From Ichthyobacteriaceae bacterium (GTDB lineage Bacteria > Bacteroidota > Bacteroidia > Flavobacteriales > JADGDT01), in assembly GCA_023145615.1 (NCBI GenBank), contig JAGLDK010000008.1, forward strand, positions 9,837 to 73,836: DNA of 64,000 nucleotides. Direction: 5' to 3'. Position 1 is the stretch's first letter. Each line of letters starts with the position of its first letter. The notes beneath the pieces are model-generated. The model was not told the DNA's origin, did no database searches, and saw only the letters and a program-made list of their open reading frames with translations. Below, one piece after another: positions 31,991-42,006 of this stretch. Made by a program: the position numbers and the translations under genes.

Positions 31991-32096
31991 TATTCTGAGT
32001 TAAAAACATTAACAATATCTATTTAATTAAATTTACATTAAATAGTATTTTTACAACCTTAACACCGAGCAACTGAAACAAAACACTCACTAACAA

Positions 32097-33539
32097 CTAC
32101 TTACTAAACTGAGTAAAATCATCTTTCATTGAAAGCATAAACTTTTTTTCGAATAAATAACTTAAACCTACATACAATATACCAGCAACAGCAATTTGAA
32201 TAAACAGTGTAATTGTAATTCCTAAATTAATTACTTGCCCCAAGTAATATGTTGCAACCATCATTATAATTGATATAATAAGTATTTTATAAATTTGTTT
32301 TACTTGTTTAATAATACCATAATTAAAAATATGCCCCGAATAAATAGAATTTAATATTACAGATGGAAAGGAAACAAAAGCAAAATGACTTAACAACATT
32401 ATAGTTATACCATATTTATAACTAAAATATATAGACAATGCCATTATAATTTTTTTTATAATTTCGAGTTTCAAAAACAAGTCGGATCTACCTTTTGCAT
32501 TAAGTGCTTGCAAATTCATTACACTTATTGGTAACATTGCACCCATAAGCATTAAAACCCTTAAATAAGGCACACTCTCTATCCACTTATCGGTTAATAA
32601 AAAAATTATTAAATTATCGGCAACTGCTAAAATTCCAAACATAACAGGCAATGTTACAAATGCCAACATTTTTAAACCTCTTGAAAATACTTTTACAAAT
32701 CTTTCGTTATCATCCTGTACTTTCGATAAAACAGGATAAACAATTTTACCAATAACACCTACAGTATTACTTATTGTAAGCAAATAAAACTCATTACTTC
32801 TGTTATAAAATCCCAAAGCAGCTGCGCTAAATAATTTACCAATTATAAGGTTATACAGGTTTGTAAAAACAGTATTCAATATACCCGACATTAGTAGTTT
32901 AGAACCAAAACCAAATAAGCCTTTTAACGAGTTTAAGCTAAATTTTAATTGAGGGTACCATTTACTAAACACAAACATAAATACACTCTTAAAAAAAGTA
33001 GCAACTATTATTTGAATAACTAACGCCATAACTCCGTAGCCATTATAAGCCATATAAACTCCTACAAAACCCGAAATTATTGATGATAATAAAGTAACCT
33101 TTGCTTGTGTTTTAAAATCTAATTCTTTCGATAATAAATTGTTAGGAACTGCGGCAAAAGAACCTATTAATAAATTGAATGATATTATTTTAGTAATTAA
33201 CACTAATTGAGGTTCGTTATAAAATTCGGCAATAAAATTTGCACTAAAAAATAACAACGCAGTCATTAAAGCACCTAAGAGTAGGTTTAGGTAAAAAACA
33301 GAAGATTCGTCAATATGAGTTATTTTTTTACGTTGTATAAGAGCAGCTCCAAAACCGCTATCAATAATGGTTTGTCCTAAAGCAGAAAATACAGCAATCA
33401 TTCCTATCAAACCAAATTCTTTTGGCGATAATATACGGGCAAGTATTAACGAAACTATAAAAGTTACTAACTGTCTTCCAAACTTTTCCATTATTGTCCA
33501 GAATACTCCTAATAATGCTTTTTGCCTAAGATTTTCCAA
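32097..33539 (-). CDS. wzx: Polysaccharide flippase (WzxC-like)
   Basis: LARILSP.EFG, D.G...ALIQ, IGK......LG.Y.R and A.GRSD..LKLE motifs; about 12 TM segments. Confidence 0.92.
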   Translation of the reverse strand: MENLRQKALLGVFWTIMEKFGRQLVTFIVSLILARILSPKEFGLIGMIAVFSALGQTIIDSGFGAALIQRKKITHIDESSVFYLNLLLGALMTALLFFSANFIAEFYNEPQLVLITKIISFNLLIGSFAAVPNNLLSKELDFKTQAKVTLLSSIISGFVGVYMAYNGYGVMALVIQIIVATFFKSVFMFVFSKWYPQLKFSLNSLKGLFGFGSKLLMSGILNTVFTNLYNLIIGKLFSAAALGFYNRSNEFYLLTISNTVGVIGKIVYPVLSKVQDDNERFVKVFSRGLKMLAFVTLPVMFGILAVADNLIIFLLTDKWIESVPYLRVLMLMGAMLPISVMNLQALNAKGRSDLFLKLEIIKKIIMALSIYFSYKYGITIMLLSHFAFVSFPSVILNSIYSGHIFNYGIIKQVKQIYKILIISIIMMVATYYLGQVINLGITITLFIQIAVAGILYVGLSYLFEKKFMLSMKDDFTQFSK

Positions 33540-33638
33540 ATATCATATTTTATAAGCACTAATTAATATAAGTTAAAACACTACTTTATAAAGTTTAATT
33601 TATTGTATTGTTTTATACTTATTAACTAGCCTTGTAAT

Positions 33639-34865
33639 TTATAGCTCATTAATTTTACTAAGCACGCGCTGAGTATTATTGAAATCATTATACTTAAAAA
33701 ACAATTTATAAATATCTTTATATCTCTCATCTACCGATTCGGAAGAAGGATAATTACTGTTTTGTAAAGTCTTAATTAAGTCGTTAAACGAATAACAAAT
33801 TTCTCCTGGAAATACATCCTTTAAATCATACACAAATCCATGTTGACTATTTACATAATGATCGTAATCATAAGCAAAAGAAATAACTGTTTTATTCAAA
33901 TATAAAGCATCAATATATGTGCTTGAATAATCCGAAATTAAAATATCCGACTCCCTAGTAAGTATATTCATATTAGAAATCATACTTGTTGATAAATCTA
34001 TAATATACTCATTGTCAATTATTTTTTTGAAAATATCAATTGGCGGATTAAAAGGATGATACCTAATTCCTAGTAAATAATTATTATCTTTTAAAAACTT
34101 CTTTAATATTGATAATTCTTCATTTGTAAAGTTATAATAATAGCCACCCACAGTACTATCTTTGTACGTTGGAGCATACATAATTAATTTTTTATCACCT
34201 TTTATAACTCTTAATAAACTAAGTTCTTTTTTTAGTTCATCTGGAAGATTCTTATCTTCTAACTTTAAAAAATCATTTCTTGGCAATCCGGTTTCCCAAA
34301 AATTCTCATCAGGAGTATTAAAAAACACTTTCTTTAAAATTTCTTTATTATCGGTTGATGAAGCTATAATAGAATGATGCTTCATTTCTTTCTCTAACTC
34401 CTTATTCATAAAACCAACTTCAGGATTAGAAAGATCTTTAATTATTATTCCATGCCAAAGGTTTACTATATTTCTATATTCGGGATGAGTAAAACGGAGT
34501 TTAATACTTTTAAATTCATAAGATATTGAATGTTGAATAATTATTTTCTTAGATTTTAAAAGATACCAATACGCAACCAACGACGTCATTTTTACCTGCT
34601 TAACACTTTTAGAGTTTCCTAAAGAAAGTTTTTTATTCCTGAATAATACAATTTTTTGTATATCATGGTTATTCTTAACACCCTCGAATAAGGCTAACGA
34701 ATTATCACTTAAATCTCCATCTCCCAAAAAGTAAACAGGAAAAATCCAGTAATCTTTTCTTTTTTCAAAAAAGCCATCTAACAGATTAAATACTACATTT
34801 AATAATAATCGTACACCCCAAACAAAACGATTAAAAATAGCTGATATAATTTTTGTTATTTTCAT
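33639..34865 (-). CDS. CDP-glycerol:glycerophosphate transferase family protein (TagF/TagB-like)
   Basis: NLWHG, TGLPRND, YAPTY, HP and LISDYSS..D motifs. Confidence 0.9.
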   Translation of the reverse strand: MKITKIISAIFNRFVWGVRLLLNVVFNLLDGFFEKRKDYWIFPVYFLGDGDLSDNSLALFEGVKNNHDIQKIVLFRNKKLSLGNSKSVKQVKMTSLVAYWYLLKSKKIIIQHSISYEFKSIKLRFTHPEYRNIVNLWHGIIIKDLSNPEVGFMNKELEKEMKHHSIIASSTDNKEILKKVFFNTPDENFWETGLPRNDFLKLEDKNLPDELKKELSLLRVIKGDKKLIMYAPTYKDSTVGGYYYNFTNEELSILKKFLKDNNYLLGIRYHPFNPPIDIFKKIIDNEYIIDLSTSMISNMNILTRESDILISDYSSTYIDALYLNKTVISFAYDYDHYVNSQHGFVYDLKDVFPGEICYSFNDLIKTLQNSNYPSSESVDERYKDIYKLFFKYNDFNNTQRVLSKINEL

Positions 34866-34894
34866 AAAACAATGTCAAAATTTTTATTAATAGA

Positions 34895-34972
34895 TTATTT
34901 ATTCTCCTGCTTTAATTTTTCACCTTCCATATTATATACTTCTATTTTTAATTCTGAAAAGATAATTTCATA
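34895..34972 (-). pseudogene. Orphan 3' remnant of a paralogue of the cytidylyltransferase at 35184-35672
   Basis: Translates YEIIFSELKIEVYNMEGEKLKQENK*, against YDIIFSELRREVQNMEEWKLKQS* in the intact gene (16/22 identical). An in-frame stop lies about 10 codons upstream with no start in between. Confidence 0.8.
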
Positions 34973-35183
34973 CCTATCCCTTAAGTGTACTAAAATGTAT
35001 TTTTACAGGTATCGCATGCCACTAAAAGTCAATCAAAAAGTATCAAGATCAGTTTAAAAATATAGAGCACGCAAATTTATTCGCTATGCTCTTAATTTAT
35101 CATTGATACAACCAAAAAAATAAAAACTATATTTTGGTTGCTATAAAACTTATTGTATTATGTGGATTATGCCTTACTTATAG

Positions 35184-35672
35184 TTACGATTGTTTTAATT
35201 TCCATTCTTCCATATTTTGCACTTCTCTGCGTAATTCTGAAAAAATAATATCGTACGAATTCTTTATAATATCACGTTTAGTACTAGTTGTACTTACAGT
35301 TCCGGTATATGGCAGATATACAACTTCCTTACCTTCTTGATTTTGCATCCAATCTAAACCCTCTAAGTATTTATCTTTCCAATCATCGCCAATTGTTACA
35401 ACATCAATCCCTAGTTCTTCAAGTTGATTAATATCTGTAAGTTTTTCTTGTTTTACAGCTTTATAAACTCCTTTCATTGATTGTATAATTCTTAACCTTT
35501 GCTCGAAAGGAATAACCGGAGGCATACCTTTATAATCAGCTATTAACTCGTCAGTACTTACTCCAACAATAAGTTTATCACCATATTCTGCCGATTTTTC
35601 AATAATATTAACATGCCCTATATGAAATAAGTCCCAAGTTCCTGATGTGTAAACAATTCTATCTTTTTTCAT
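35184..35672 (-). CDS. TagD-like cytidylyltransferase
   Basis: TSGTWDLFHIGH, GVSTDE, GDDW and YT..VSTT motifs. Confidence 0.9.
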   Translation of the reverse strand: MKKDRIVYTSGTWDLFHIGHVNIIEKSAEYGDKLIVGVSTDELIADYKGMPPVIPFEQRLRIIQSMKGVYKAVKQEKLTDINQLEELGIDVVTIGDDWKDKYLEGLDWMQNQEGKEVVYLPYTGTVSTTSTKRDIIKNSYDIIFSELRREVQNMEEWKLKQS

Positions 35673-36735
35673 TACGTAAATTATTTTGAATTTCTACTAT
35701 TTTATTAACTACTATATCTAATTCTCTTTTATTTTGAAGTCCAATATGCGACACTCTTAAAAGCTCACTACTTCCACTTGGCATTACATATATATTTTCT
35801 TTATTAAGCTGGTTACATACATTTTTACTGTTTTCAACATAAAATCCAGTAACACACGACGAAGGACTTTCAGCACTTAAAGTCCAATTATTATTTTTAC
35901 ACAATTGTCTGAAATACAATGCGTTTTCCTTTACTTTATTTAACGTTTTTTCTGCTCCTTCTTTCTTCAATTTCAACAACCTTGCATGTAGCTGATAAAA
36001 CAAAACTGTAGCCGGACTAAATGGTGTTTGACCTCTTTGCAAATTGCTTAGATTTTCTTCCATGTCTAAATAATAGTTATTACTACTAAATCCTTGCTTT
36101 AATGCTTTTTCGGCAATAGCTACAAACGATAATCCTGGAGGAATATTTAATCCTTTTTGACTACTAACAACAGCCATATCAATATCCCAGTTTTTCATAC
36201 TGAAATCATCAGTCATAAAAGAACTAATTGCATCAACAACCAATCGTACATTGTTATTTTTACAAGTGGTTGATATTTTATCTAAATCATATAATTGCCC
36301 CGATGATGTTTCGTGATGCTGACACAACAACACATCGTAATTGCCTTTATCTATAATATCATTTAATTTTGTATAATTAATATCTTTACCAAATACAACT
36401 TTAAACTCGTCGGCATTTATATTATGATATTTGCATAAATCTCTCCATCTGTTTCCAAAAGTCCCTCCATTAATAACCAAAACTTTATTGAAATTTGAAA
36501 CATAATTAACAACCACCGATTCCATTGCCGCAGTACCTGCCGATGTATAGGTAATAACTTTACCATCTTTTACATCTAACAATTCCTTTAATATTTCCTC
36601 GTTTTCGTTAACCATTTTCGAAAATTTACTTGTGCGCATATATGGAATTTGTTTAGATCCTAATGCCAAAATATCATCTTCAATTAAACCTGGAAATGCA
36701 AAGGTTAGCATTTCATTATCTGAATTTTCAAACAT
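35659..36735 (-). CDS. Class V PLP-dependent aminotransferase (serine-pyruvate/AEP-transaminase-like)
   Basis: FPG, AGTAAME, NGGTFG.RW, HHETSSG, VVDAISS, SSQKGL..PPG and LRVSHIG. Overlaps both neighbouring genes. Confidence 0.9.
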   Translation of the reverse strand: MFENSDNEMLTFAFPGLIEDDILALGSKQIPYMRTSKFSKMVNENEEILKELLDVKDGKVITYTSAGTAAMESVVVNYVSNFNKVLVINGGTFGNRWRDLCKYHNINADEFKVVFGKDINYTKLNDIIDKGNYDVLLCQHHETSSGQLYDLDKISTTCKNNNVRLVVDAISSFMTDDFSMKNWDIDMAVVSSQKGLNIPPGLSFVAIAEKALKQGFSSNNYYLDMEENLSNLQRGQTPFSPATVLFYQLHARLLKLKKEGAEKTLNKVKENALYFRQLCKNNNWTLSAESPSSCVTGFYVENSKNVCNQLNKENIYVMPSGSSELLRVSHIGLQNKRELDIVVNKIVEIQNNLRNEKR

Positions 36736-37186
36736 AATCTTCTCCTCTCATTGTTAATACTGGCGACATTCCCTCTTTAAATCCAAATTTTGCATAAAAT
36801 GGTTCGCTACCAGGAATGGCAGTTAAAAACATTTTCATAAAACCTCCTTCTATACTTTTTTTGGTAGTTAAATCAAGTAATCCCTTTCCAACTCCTAATT
36901 TTCTATAATCAGGATTAACCATAACATCAAGTATGTAATACATGTAAACATTATCGGTTAAAAGTCTTGCGTAACCAATTAACTCATTGTTTTTTAATGG
37001 ATTTCGTGCAGTAATTGCAACAGTATTTTCAAGCGAAATCTTTTCTTTTTCAACAGTTCGTAATGAATAATGAAAAACATTTTCGGGTGGAAATTTATCT
37101 GATGTAGATTTTTTCATTTTTTCCATCAAATTAAAAAGTTCGTCAGTATTTACCTCATCATTAAATTTATAGGTTATTTTATTCAT
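36728..37186 (-). CDS. GNAT family N-acetyltransferase
   Basis: LIGYARL, DVMVNPDYRKLGVG and FYAKFGF motifs. Confidence 0.9.
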   Translation of the reverse strand: MNKITYKFNDEVNTDELFNLMEKMKKSTSDKFPPENVFHYSLRTVEKEKISLENTVAITARNPLKNNELIGYARLLTDNVYMYYILDVMVNPDYRKLGVGKGLLDLTTKKSIEGGFMKMFLTAIPGSEPFYAKFGFKEGMSPVLTMRGEDYV

Positions 37187-37188
37187 AA

Positions 37189-38457
37189 TTAATTTATCAT
37201 ATCAGGTGCAAAAACAGGAATATCATGAACTTCAGATACATCAAATCTTTCAACATGACTATCATCTATAAATATTGATTTATTTCCTTTTATATATTTC
37301 GATTTTTTATCTTTTCTATCTAAATGAATAACCTCATCAAACAAAGTACTTAACCTATATTTTTTCAACGATTCGTTAATATCAAAAGCATGTCGGGTAA
37401 TTAAAGTAACTTTTTTACCTTCGTTTATATACTGATAAAGTTTAGCTACCAAAGAAGTATTAACCTTGCCTTCAATTATTAAACAGTCATCAAAATCAAC
37501 ATAAACCTTATCGAAATCGTAATCCATATTTACTACAACTCCTAATGCCCTATCAATTTCAATACTAGCTTTATTCTCAACAATACTAACATCAAAATCA
37601 AAAGAATCGAAAATACTCAGTAGTGCAAAATTCACTCCTTTATATCTGTATAACAACGATGATCCTCCCATACGAGACGCAACCTCTAACAACGATAATT
37701 TATTATTTATATCTCTTTTAACTTGATAAAACCAAGCTCCACGAAACTCCATTTTAGAATTTATTGTGCGTGCAATTTCCTCAAATTCAAATCGTTCGGT
37801 TACATCTAACGAAATTGTATTAACCGATATTCCTGTTCGTGTACGCCTACGAGGACGTGGACCAGAAAACATCAGTTCTCCTTTTTTATTAGTAAAACAA
37901 TCAACTGTATATTCCTCTCCTGGTAAGTAATCCGATATAATACAATCACCCCATTCCTCTATATGAGATATTCCCTCATTTAAAGTTTTTATAACCTTTG
38001 CACCTCTCGATCCGTACCCAACATTGGGTTTTATAAATACCGGAAAATTTTCAACATCAATAATATTATCATACACTCTTGGCACATTCATTACCGAATT
38101 TAACAGAGTATATGTTAGTTTTTTTGAAGAACATATTCTACTAGTTTCAACCGACGATGCAATAACTTTGCAATTAAATTCTTGCTCTAATGGTTTTAAA
38201 AAAGAAATTGCAATATCCATAGCCGGATATATTGCTTCAATTTTATTATCTGAAATTATTTTTTTAAAATGCTCTACAAAATCAACGTCATTAATATTGG
38301 GCACATTTCCAATATAATTTTCGTAAACAAACTTACCGTGATCGTTAACACTACTAGCGCCAAATAACTCAACATGACGACTATGCTTTAACGAACGATG
38401 TATTTCTAAACCAACTTCCGATCCGCAAGGAAAAACTAAAACTTTAATTTTATTCAT
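37189..38457 (-). CDS. ATP-grasp ligase fused to a C-terminal HAD-like domain
   Basis: PVFIKP..G.GSRG, YLPGEEYTVD and LLEV..R (ATP-grasp); C-terminal VYVDFDDCLI, LITRH and FIDDS (HAD motifs I, II, IV). Confidence 0.85.
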   Translation of the reverse strand: MNKIKVLVFPCGSEVGLEIHRSLKHSRHVELFGASSVNDHGKFVYENYIGNVPNINDVDFVEHFKKIISDNKIEAIYPAMDIAISFLKPLEQEFNCKVIASSVETSRICSSKKLTYTLLNSVMNVPRVYDNIIDVENFPVFIKPNVGYGSRGAKVIKTLNEGISHIEEWGDCIISDYLPGEEYTVDCFTNKKGELMFSGPRPRRRTRTGISVNTISLDVTERFEFEEIARTINSKMEFRGAWFYQVKRDINNKLSLLEVASRMGGSSLLYRYKGVNFALLSIFDSFDFDVSIVENKASIEIDRALGVVVNMDYDFDKVYVDFDDCLIIEGKVNTSLVAKLYQYINEGKKVTLITRHAFDINESLKKYRLSTLFDEVIHLDRKDKKSKYIKGNKSIFIDDSHVERFDVSEVHDIPVFAPDMIN

Positions 38458-39565
38458 TGGTAATTAATTTAACTATGTAACTAATTTCTTCTTCTGATAG
38501 GTTTGGATATATTGGCAAACAAATTACCTTATCAGCTATTTTAACTGCATTTTGTAAATTATTTCTATTAGCCGATGGCAATCCTTTATAAGTTGGAAAA
38601 TCGCTTATAAGCGGATAAAAATATCTTCTTCCATACACATTATGATCCTTTAATTTTTCATAAAGCTCATCTCTACTAAGTGTGTAATCGCTATTAACAT
38701 AAATCGGGAAATATGCATAATTATGCTTAACTCCTTCAATATCTTTTAAACAACTAATACCTTCAACACCCTTAAATTTTTCTTTGTATTTATATGCAAT
38801 ATCCTTACGTTGTTGAATTTGCTTATCAATTGTGTTAAGCTGTAATAATCCGTATGCCGATTGTAGTTCATTCATTTTAGCATTTATACCTGGTGCTACC
38901 ACAGTGGTTTCATCTGCAAATCCAAAATTCTTTAAAAAGTCAATTCGTTTTTTTGTTCCCTCATCATGACATATAATTGCCCCACCTTCTATTGTATTAA
39001 ATGTTTTGGTGGCATGGAAACTTAATATTGATAAATCTCCATAATTTAGCACACTCTGTCCGTTAATTTCAACTCCAAAAGCATGTGCCGCATCATAAAT
39101 AATTTTTAAGCCATAGGTGTCGGCAATACGTTCTAGTTTTTCAACCTCAACCGGATTTCCATAAACATGTACCGGAACAATTGCAGTAGTTTTTGGAGTA
39201 ATTAAACTCTCTATTTTATCTATATCTAAATTTCCGTAAACGGGATCTATATCGCAAAACACCGGAGTTATTCCATTCCAATGCAAAGCATGAGTTGTTG
39301 CAACAAAAGTATATGGAGTTGTAATTACCTCTCCCGAAATTCTAAGTGTTTGCAAAGCAGTAATTAAAGCAAGAGTTCCGTTAGAAAATAACGACACATA
39401 TTTTACCCCAAGATGTTTTGCTAATTTATCCTCAAATTCTTGATGATATTTACCATTATTAGTCAACCATTTATTTTCCCAAATATCCTCTAGTTTCTCT
39501 ACAAATTCTCCTAAATCTGGCATTGTTGGTTGAGTTACCAGTATCGGTTTTTCTCTTTTCTCCAT
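38450..39565 (-). CDS. DegT/DnrJ/EryC1/StrS sugar aminotransferase (VioA-like)
   Basis: WLTNNG, FSNGTLAL, YDAAHAFG, SFHATK.F.T.EGG, GINAKMNE and RRYFYP are VioA-type signatures. Confidence 0.9.
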   Translation of the reverse strand: MEKREKPILVTQPTMPDLGEFVEKLEDIWENKWLTNNGKYHQEFEDKLAKHLGVKYVSLFSNGTLALITALQTLRISGEVITTPYTFVATTHALHWNGITPVFCDIDPVYGNLDIDKIESLITPKTTAIVPVHVYGNPVEVEKLERIADTYGLKIIYDAAHAFGVEINGQSVLNYGDLSILSFHATKTFNTIEGGAIICHDEGTKKRIDFLKNFGFADETTVVAPGINAKMNELQSAYGLLQLNTIDKQIQQRKDIAYKYKEKFKGVEGISCLKDIEGVKHNYAYFPIYVNSDYTLSRDELYEKLKDHNVYGRRYFYPLISDFPTYKGLPSANRNNLQNAVKIADKVICLPIYPNLSEEEISYIVKLITNE

Positions 39566-39603
39566 TTGTATATAGTTGTTTCTTATTAGTTGAATCTAAA
39601 TTC

Positions 39604-40986
39604 TTATTTTACTTTCTTAAATACATTATACTTATTATTGATACATTCAATAAAATCATAATTATCTTTAAGTTTTTTAGTTACTAAAGAATCTTCTACA
39701 GCATAAAAAATTAAATAACTATCTTTTTCTATTTGATCTAATACCGTATTGTAAGCTCTTGTTCGGGGAAAAGTGTAACCTAATTTTTTATAATTTGCCG
39801 ATCTATAATTGCCATAATAATATTGGGCAGGACTAATTTTTAAATAAACTTTACTGTTTTTTGGCACAACATCTACTAATACCTTACTTACTGCAATATC
39901 TCTATTATACTTATGTATTGTGTTGTTATATTTACTATACCAACCGTAAGCTCCAAAAACAATAACCGTATAAATTGTTAAGTATTTTAAAACCTTATTT
40001 ATACTGAATTTATATACTATAATACTGTAATTTAATTTATTTAATGCAATGGCTAGTATAAATATCGACCATGGTATTATTGCATAGAAGTAATACAAAA
40101 TAACTGAAAAATAAATACTTAGCATGGTACTTAAAAAAGCCAAAATAAAAAATACTATGTATTTATCAATCTTAATAAATTTTAGTAAATAGAAGCTAAA
40201 AGGAACAAAAATAAATACCGTTGGAATTAGCACAAAACTTGCTAAGTACATAAGAACACTTTGTCCTCCTGTAATTTTTATAGCACCTTCTACTCCCATA
40301 ATTCCAACCAAACGCTTAAGATAATCCCAAAAATCTATTTGATTAAAATGTATTACATACATTAATATTAATACAGTAAAGAAACCTGATTTAAACAGTG
40401 AAAAATTTTTAATAATTCTTTTGTCATCATCCATTACAACCCAATAAAAAATTGGAATTGCAAAAGCTAATGCATACTGCTTTGTATAAAAAGACAGGAA
40501 TAGAAACACGCCCGATAAAAAATATTTTTTCTTGAATAAAAACAATGTTGTTAATAGCATAAACAACAACATTAAAGGTTCTAAATAAATACTTATACCA
40601 CCTAAAAACAATGAGTAAAGCATGAAAAGTATAATCGTAAATGTTTTTATTTGTTGTTTTATTTTCAATAACGTAAGTACCTTATAAAACACAGCAACAC
40701 TTATAAGCTGTATTGCAAATACTACTAAAAAAAAATATTGAGTTTCAATTTCGGATGTTAATAAATAAGGTATTCCATAAAAATAAATTGCCAACGGATT
40801 ATATTCTACCGCCATTTTGTAATAAGGAATTCCATCTGCAAAAACATCTCTTGCAATAGAAATGTAATACGATCCATCTACCCCAACATTTGGATAGTTT
40901 AAAGAAAGCAACACCATTAAAATTACAAATATCAACCACACTAATTGTGACACTTTATTTGTTTTACTATCAAAAAAAGTTTTCAT
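39604..40986 (-). CDS. Polytopic membrane protein, probable GT-C fold glycosyltransferase (ArnT/PMT-like)
   Basis: Acidic first periplasmic loop (VDGSYY...G.PY....EYNPL), LEP and TKQ motifs, 10-12 TM segments and a soluble C-terminal domain; follows a GtrB/ArnC-like GT2. Confidence 0.62.
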   Translation of the reverse strand: MKTFFDSKTNKVSQLVWLIFVILMVLLSLNYPNVGVDGSYYISIARDVFADGIPYYKMAVEYNPLAIYFYGIPYLLTSEIETQYFFLVVFAIQLISVAVFYKVLTLLKIKQQIKTFTIILFMLYSLFLGGISIYLEPLMLLFMLLTTLFLFKKKYFLSGVFLFLSFYTKQYALAFAIPIFYWVVMDDDKRIIKNFSLFKSGFFTVLILMYVIHFNQIDFWDYLKRLVGIMGVEGAIKITGGQSVLMYLASFVLIPTVFIFVPFSFYLLKFIKIDKYIVFFILAFLSTMLSIYFSVILYYFYAIIPWSIFILAIALNKLNYSIIVYKFSINKVLKYLTIYTVIVFGAYGWYSKYNNTIHKYNRDIAVSKVLVDVVPKNSKVYLKISPAQYYYGNYRSANYKKLGYTFPRTRAYNTVLDQIEKDSYLIFYAVEDSLVTKKLKDNYDFIECINNKYNVFKKVK

Positions 40987-40999
40987 GTTGGTTAGTAGT

Positions 41000-41941
41000 T
41001 TATTTTTTATTTTTAATGATAAAACCAGGACGATCTTTTACTTCATCATAAATACGCCAAATATATTCGGCTACAATTCCTAATGAAAAAAGTATTAATC
41101 CGCTGAAAAAAGAGAAGATAACAGCTATTGAAGTCCATTCTGGTAAATTTTCATCCCAATATTCTGTATTTCCGAATAATTTCATATAAATATATATTGC
41201 AATTATTACTATTGATGTTGCAATAAAGAAAAAACCTATATTGGTTATCATTTTTATTGGCCAAGTTGAACTAGAAAAAAAAGCATCTCTAAACAACTTT
41301 ATTTTTTTACTAAAAGACCACCTCGATTTTTCATTTATACCCTGCATACGTTGGTACGACAATAAATAAGGAGAGAATCCTAAGCGTAAAACTTCAATTA
41401 TACTAACTGTATTTATATGATGAATTTTGTTGTTTAATATATCAACAACCTCTCTATCTAAAAAAAAAGTATCTGCACCTCCATTCGGAAATTTTATGTC
41501 TGATGTATAGTTCATAACCTTATAAAAAAGATTAGAAAACACATCACTAAAAAAACCATCATCGCGAGATTCTCTATGAGGAATAATTATTTTCTCGCCT
41601 TGTTGCCAAACCTTATACATATCAACTATTGTTTGATATGGCATTTGTTCATCATCATGAATTGGCAAAGCACAATTACCATTACTAACCTGTAATCCTG
41701 CAAATGTGGCATAATGAGCTGTGTAATTTTTACTTAATTGGTAAGCGTGTACATTACTATTTTCATGCTCAAGTTTTTTTGCAACCTCATAAGAATCATC
41801 TTTTGATCCATCATCAATAATGATAAATTCAAAAGGAATATTATTCTTATTAAGTAGCTTAGTTATATCGTTATAATTTTTAACAATTCGTTGGCTACTA
41901 TAATATGACAATAGTATTATGCTTAATAAATTGTTATTCAT
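41000..41941 (-). CDS. Polyprenol-phosphate glycosyltransferase (GtrB/ArnC-like GT2)
   Basis: IIIDDGSKD, LSKN, two C-terminal TM helices and LGIVAEYIWRIYDEVK.RP. Confidence 0.88.
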   Translation of the reverse strand: MNNNLLSIILLSYYSSQRIVKNYNDITKLLNKNNIPFEFIIIDDGSKDDSYEVAKKLEHENSNVHAYQLSKNYTAHYATFAGLQVSNGNCALPIHDDEQMPYQTIVDMYKVWQQGEKIIIPHRESRDDGFFSDVFSNLFYKVMNYTSDIKFPNGGADTFFLDREVVDILNNKIHHINTVSIIEVLRLGFSPYLLSYQRMQGINEKSRWSFSKKIKLFRDAFFSSSTWPIKMITNIGFFFIATSIVIIAIYIYMKLFGNTEYWDENLPEWTSIAVIFSFFSGLILFSLGIVAEYIWRIYDEVKDRPGFIIKNKK

Positions 41942-42006
41942 AGCTCATTAAATTTGGTTATAAGAAAAATACTGAGATTTATAAAATCGTTATTATCAAA
42001 GAACCT

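Noticed and set aside
34872..35340. Plus-strand ORFs 34872-35057 and 35134-35340 that resemble each other
   Set aside because: The similarity comes from the minus-strand cytidylyltransferase and its remnant; these are shadows.
35184..36735. Phosphonate (2-aminoethylphosphonate) biosynthesis
   Set aside because: The aminotransferase and cytidylyltransferase fit, but no PEP mutase or phosphonopyruvate decarboxylase is in the window. It cannot be excluded if these are encoded elsewhere.
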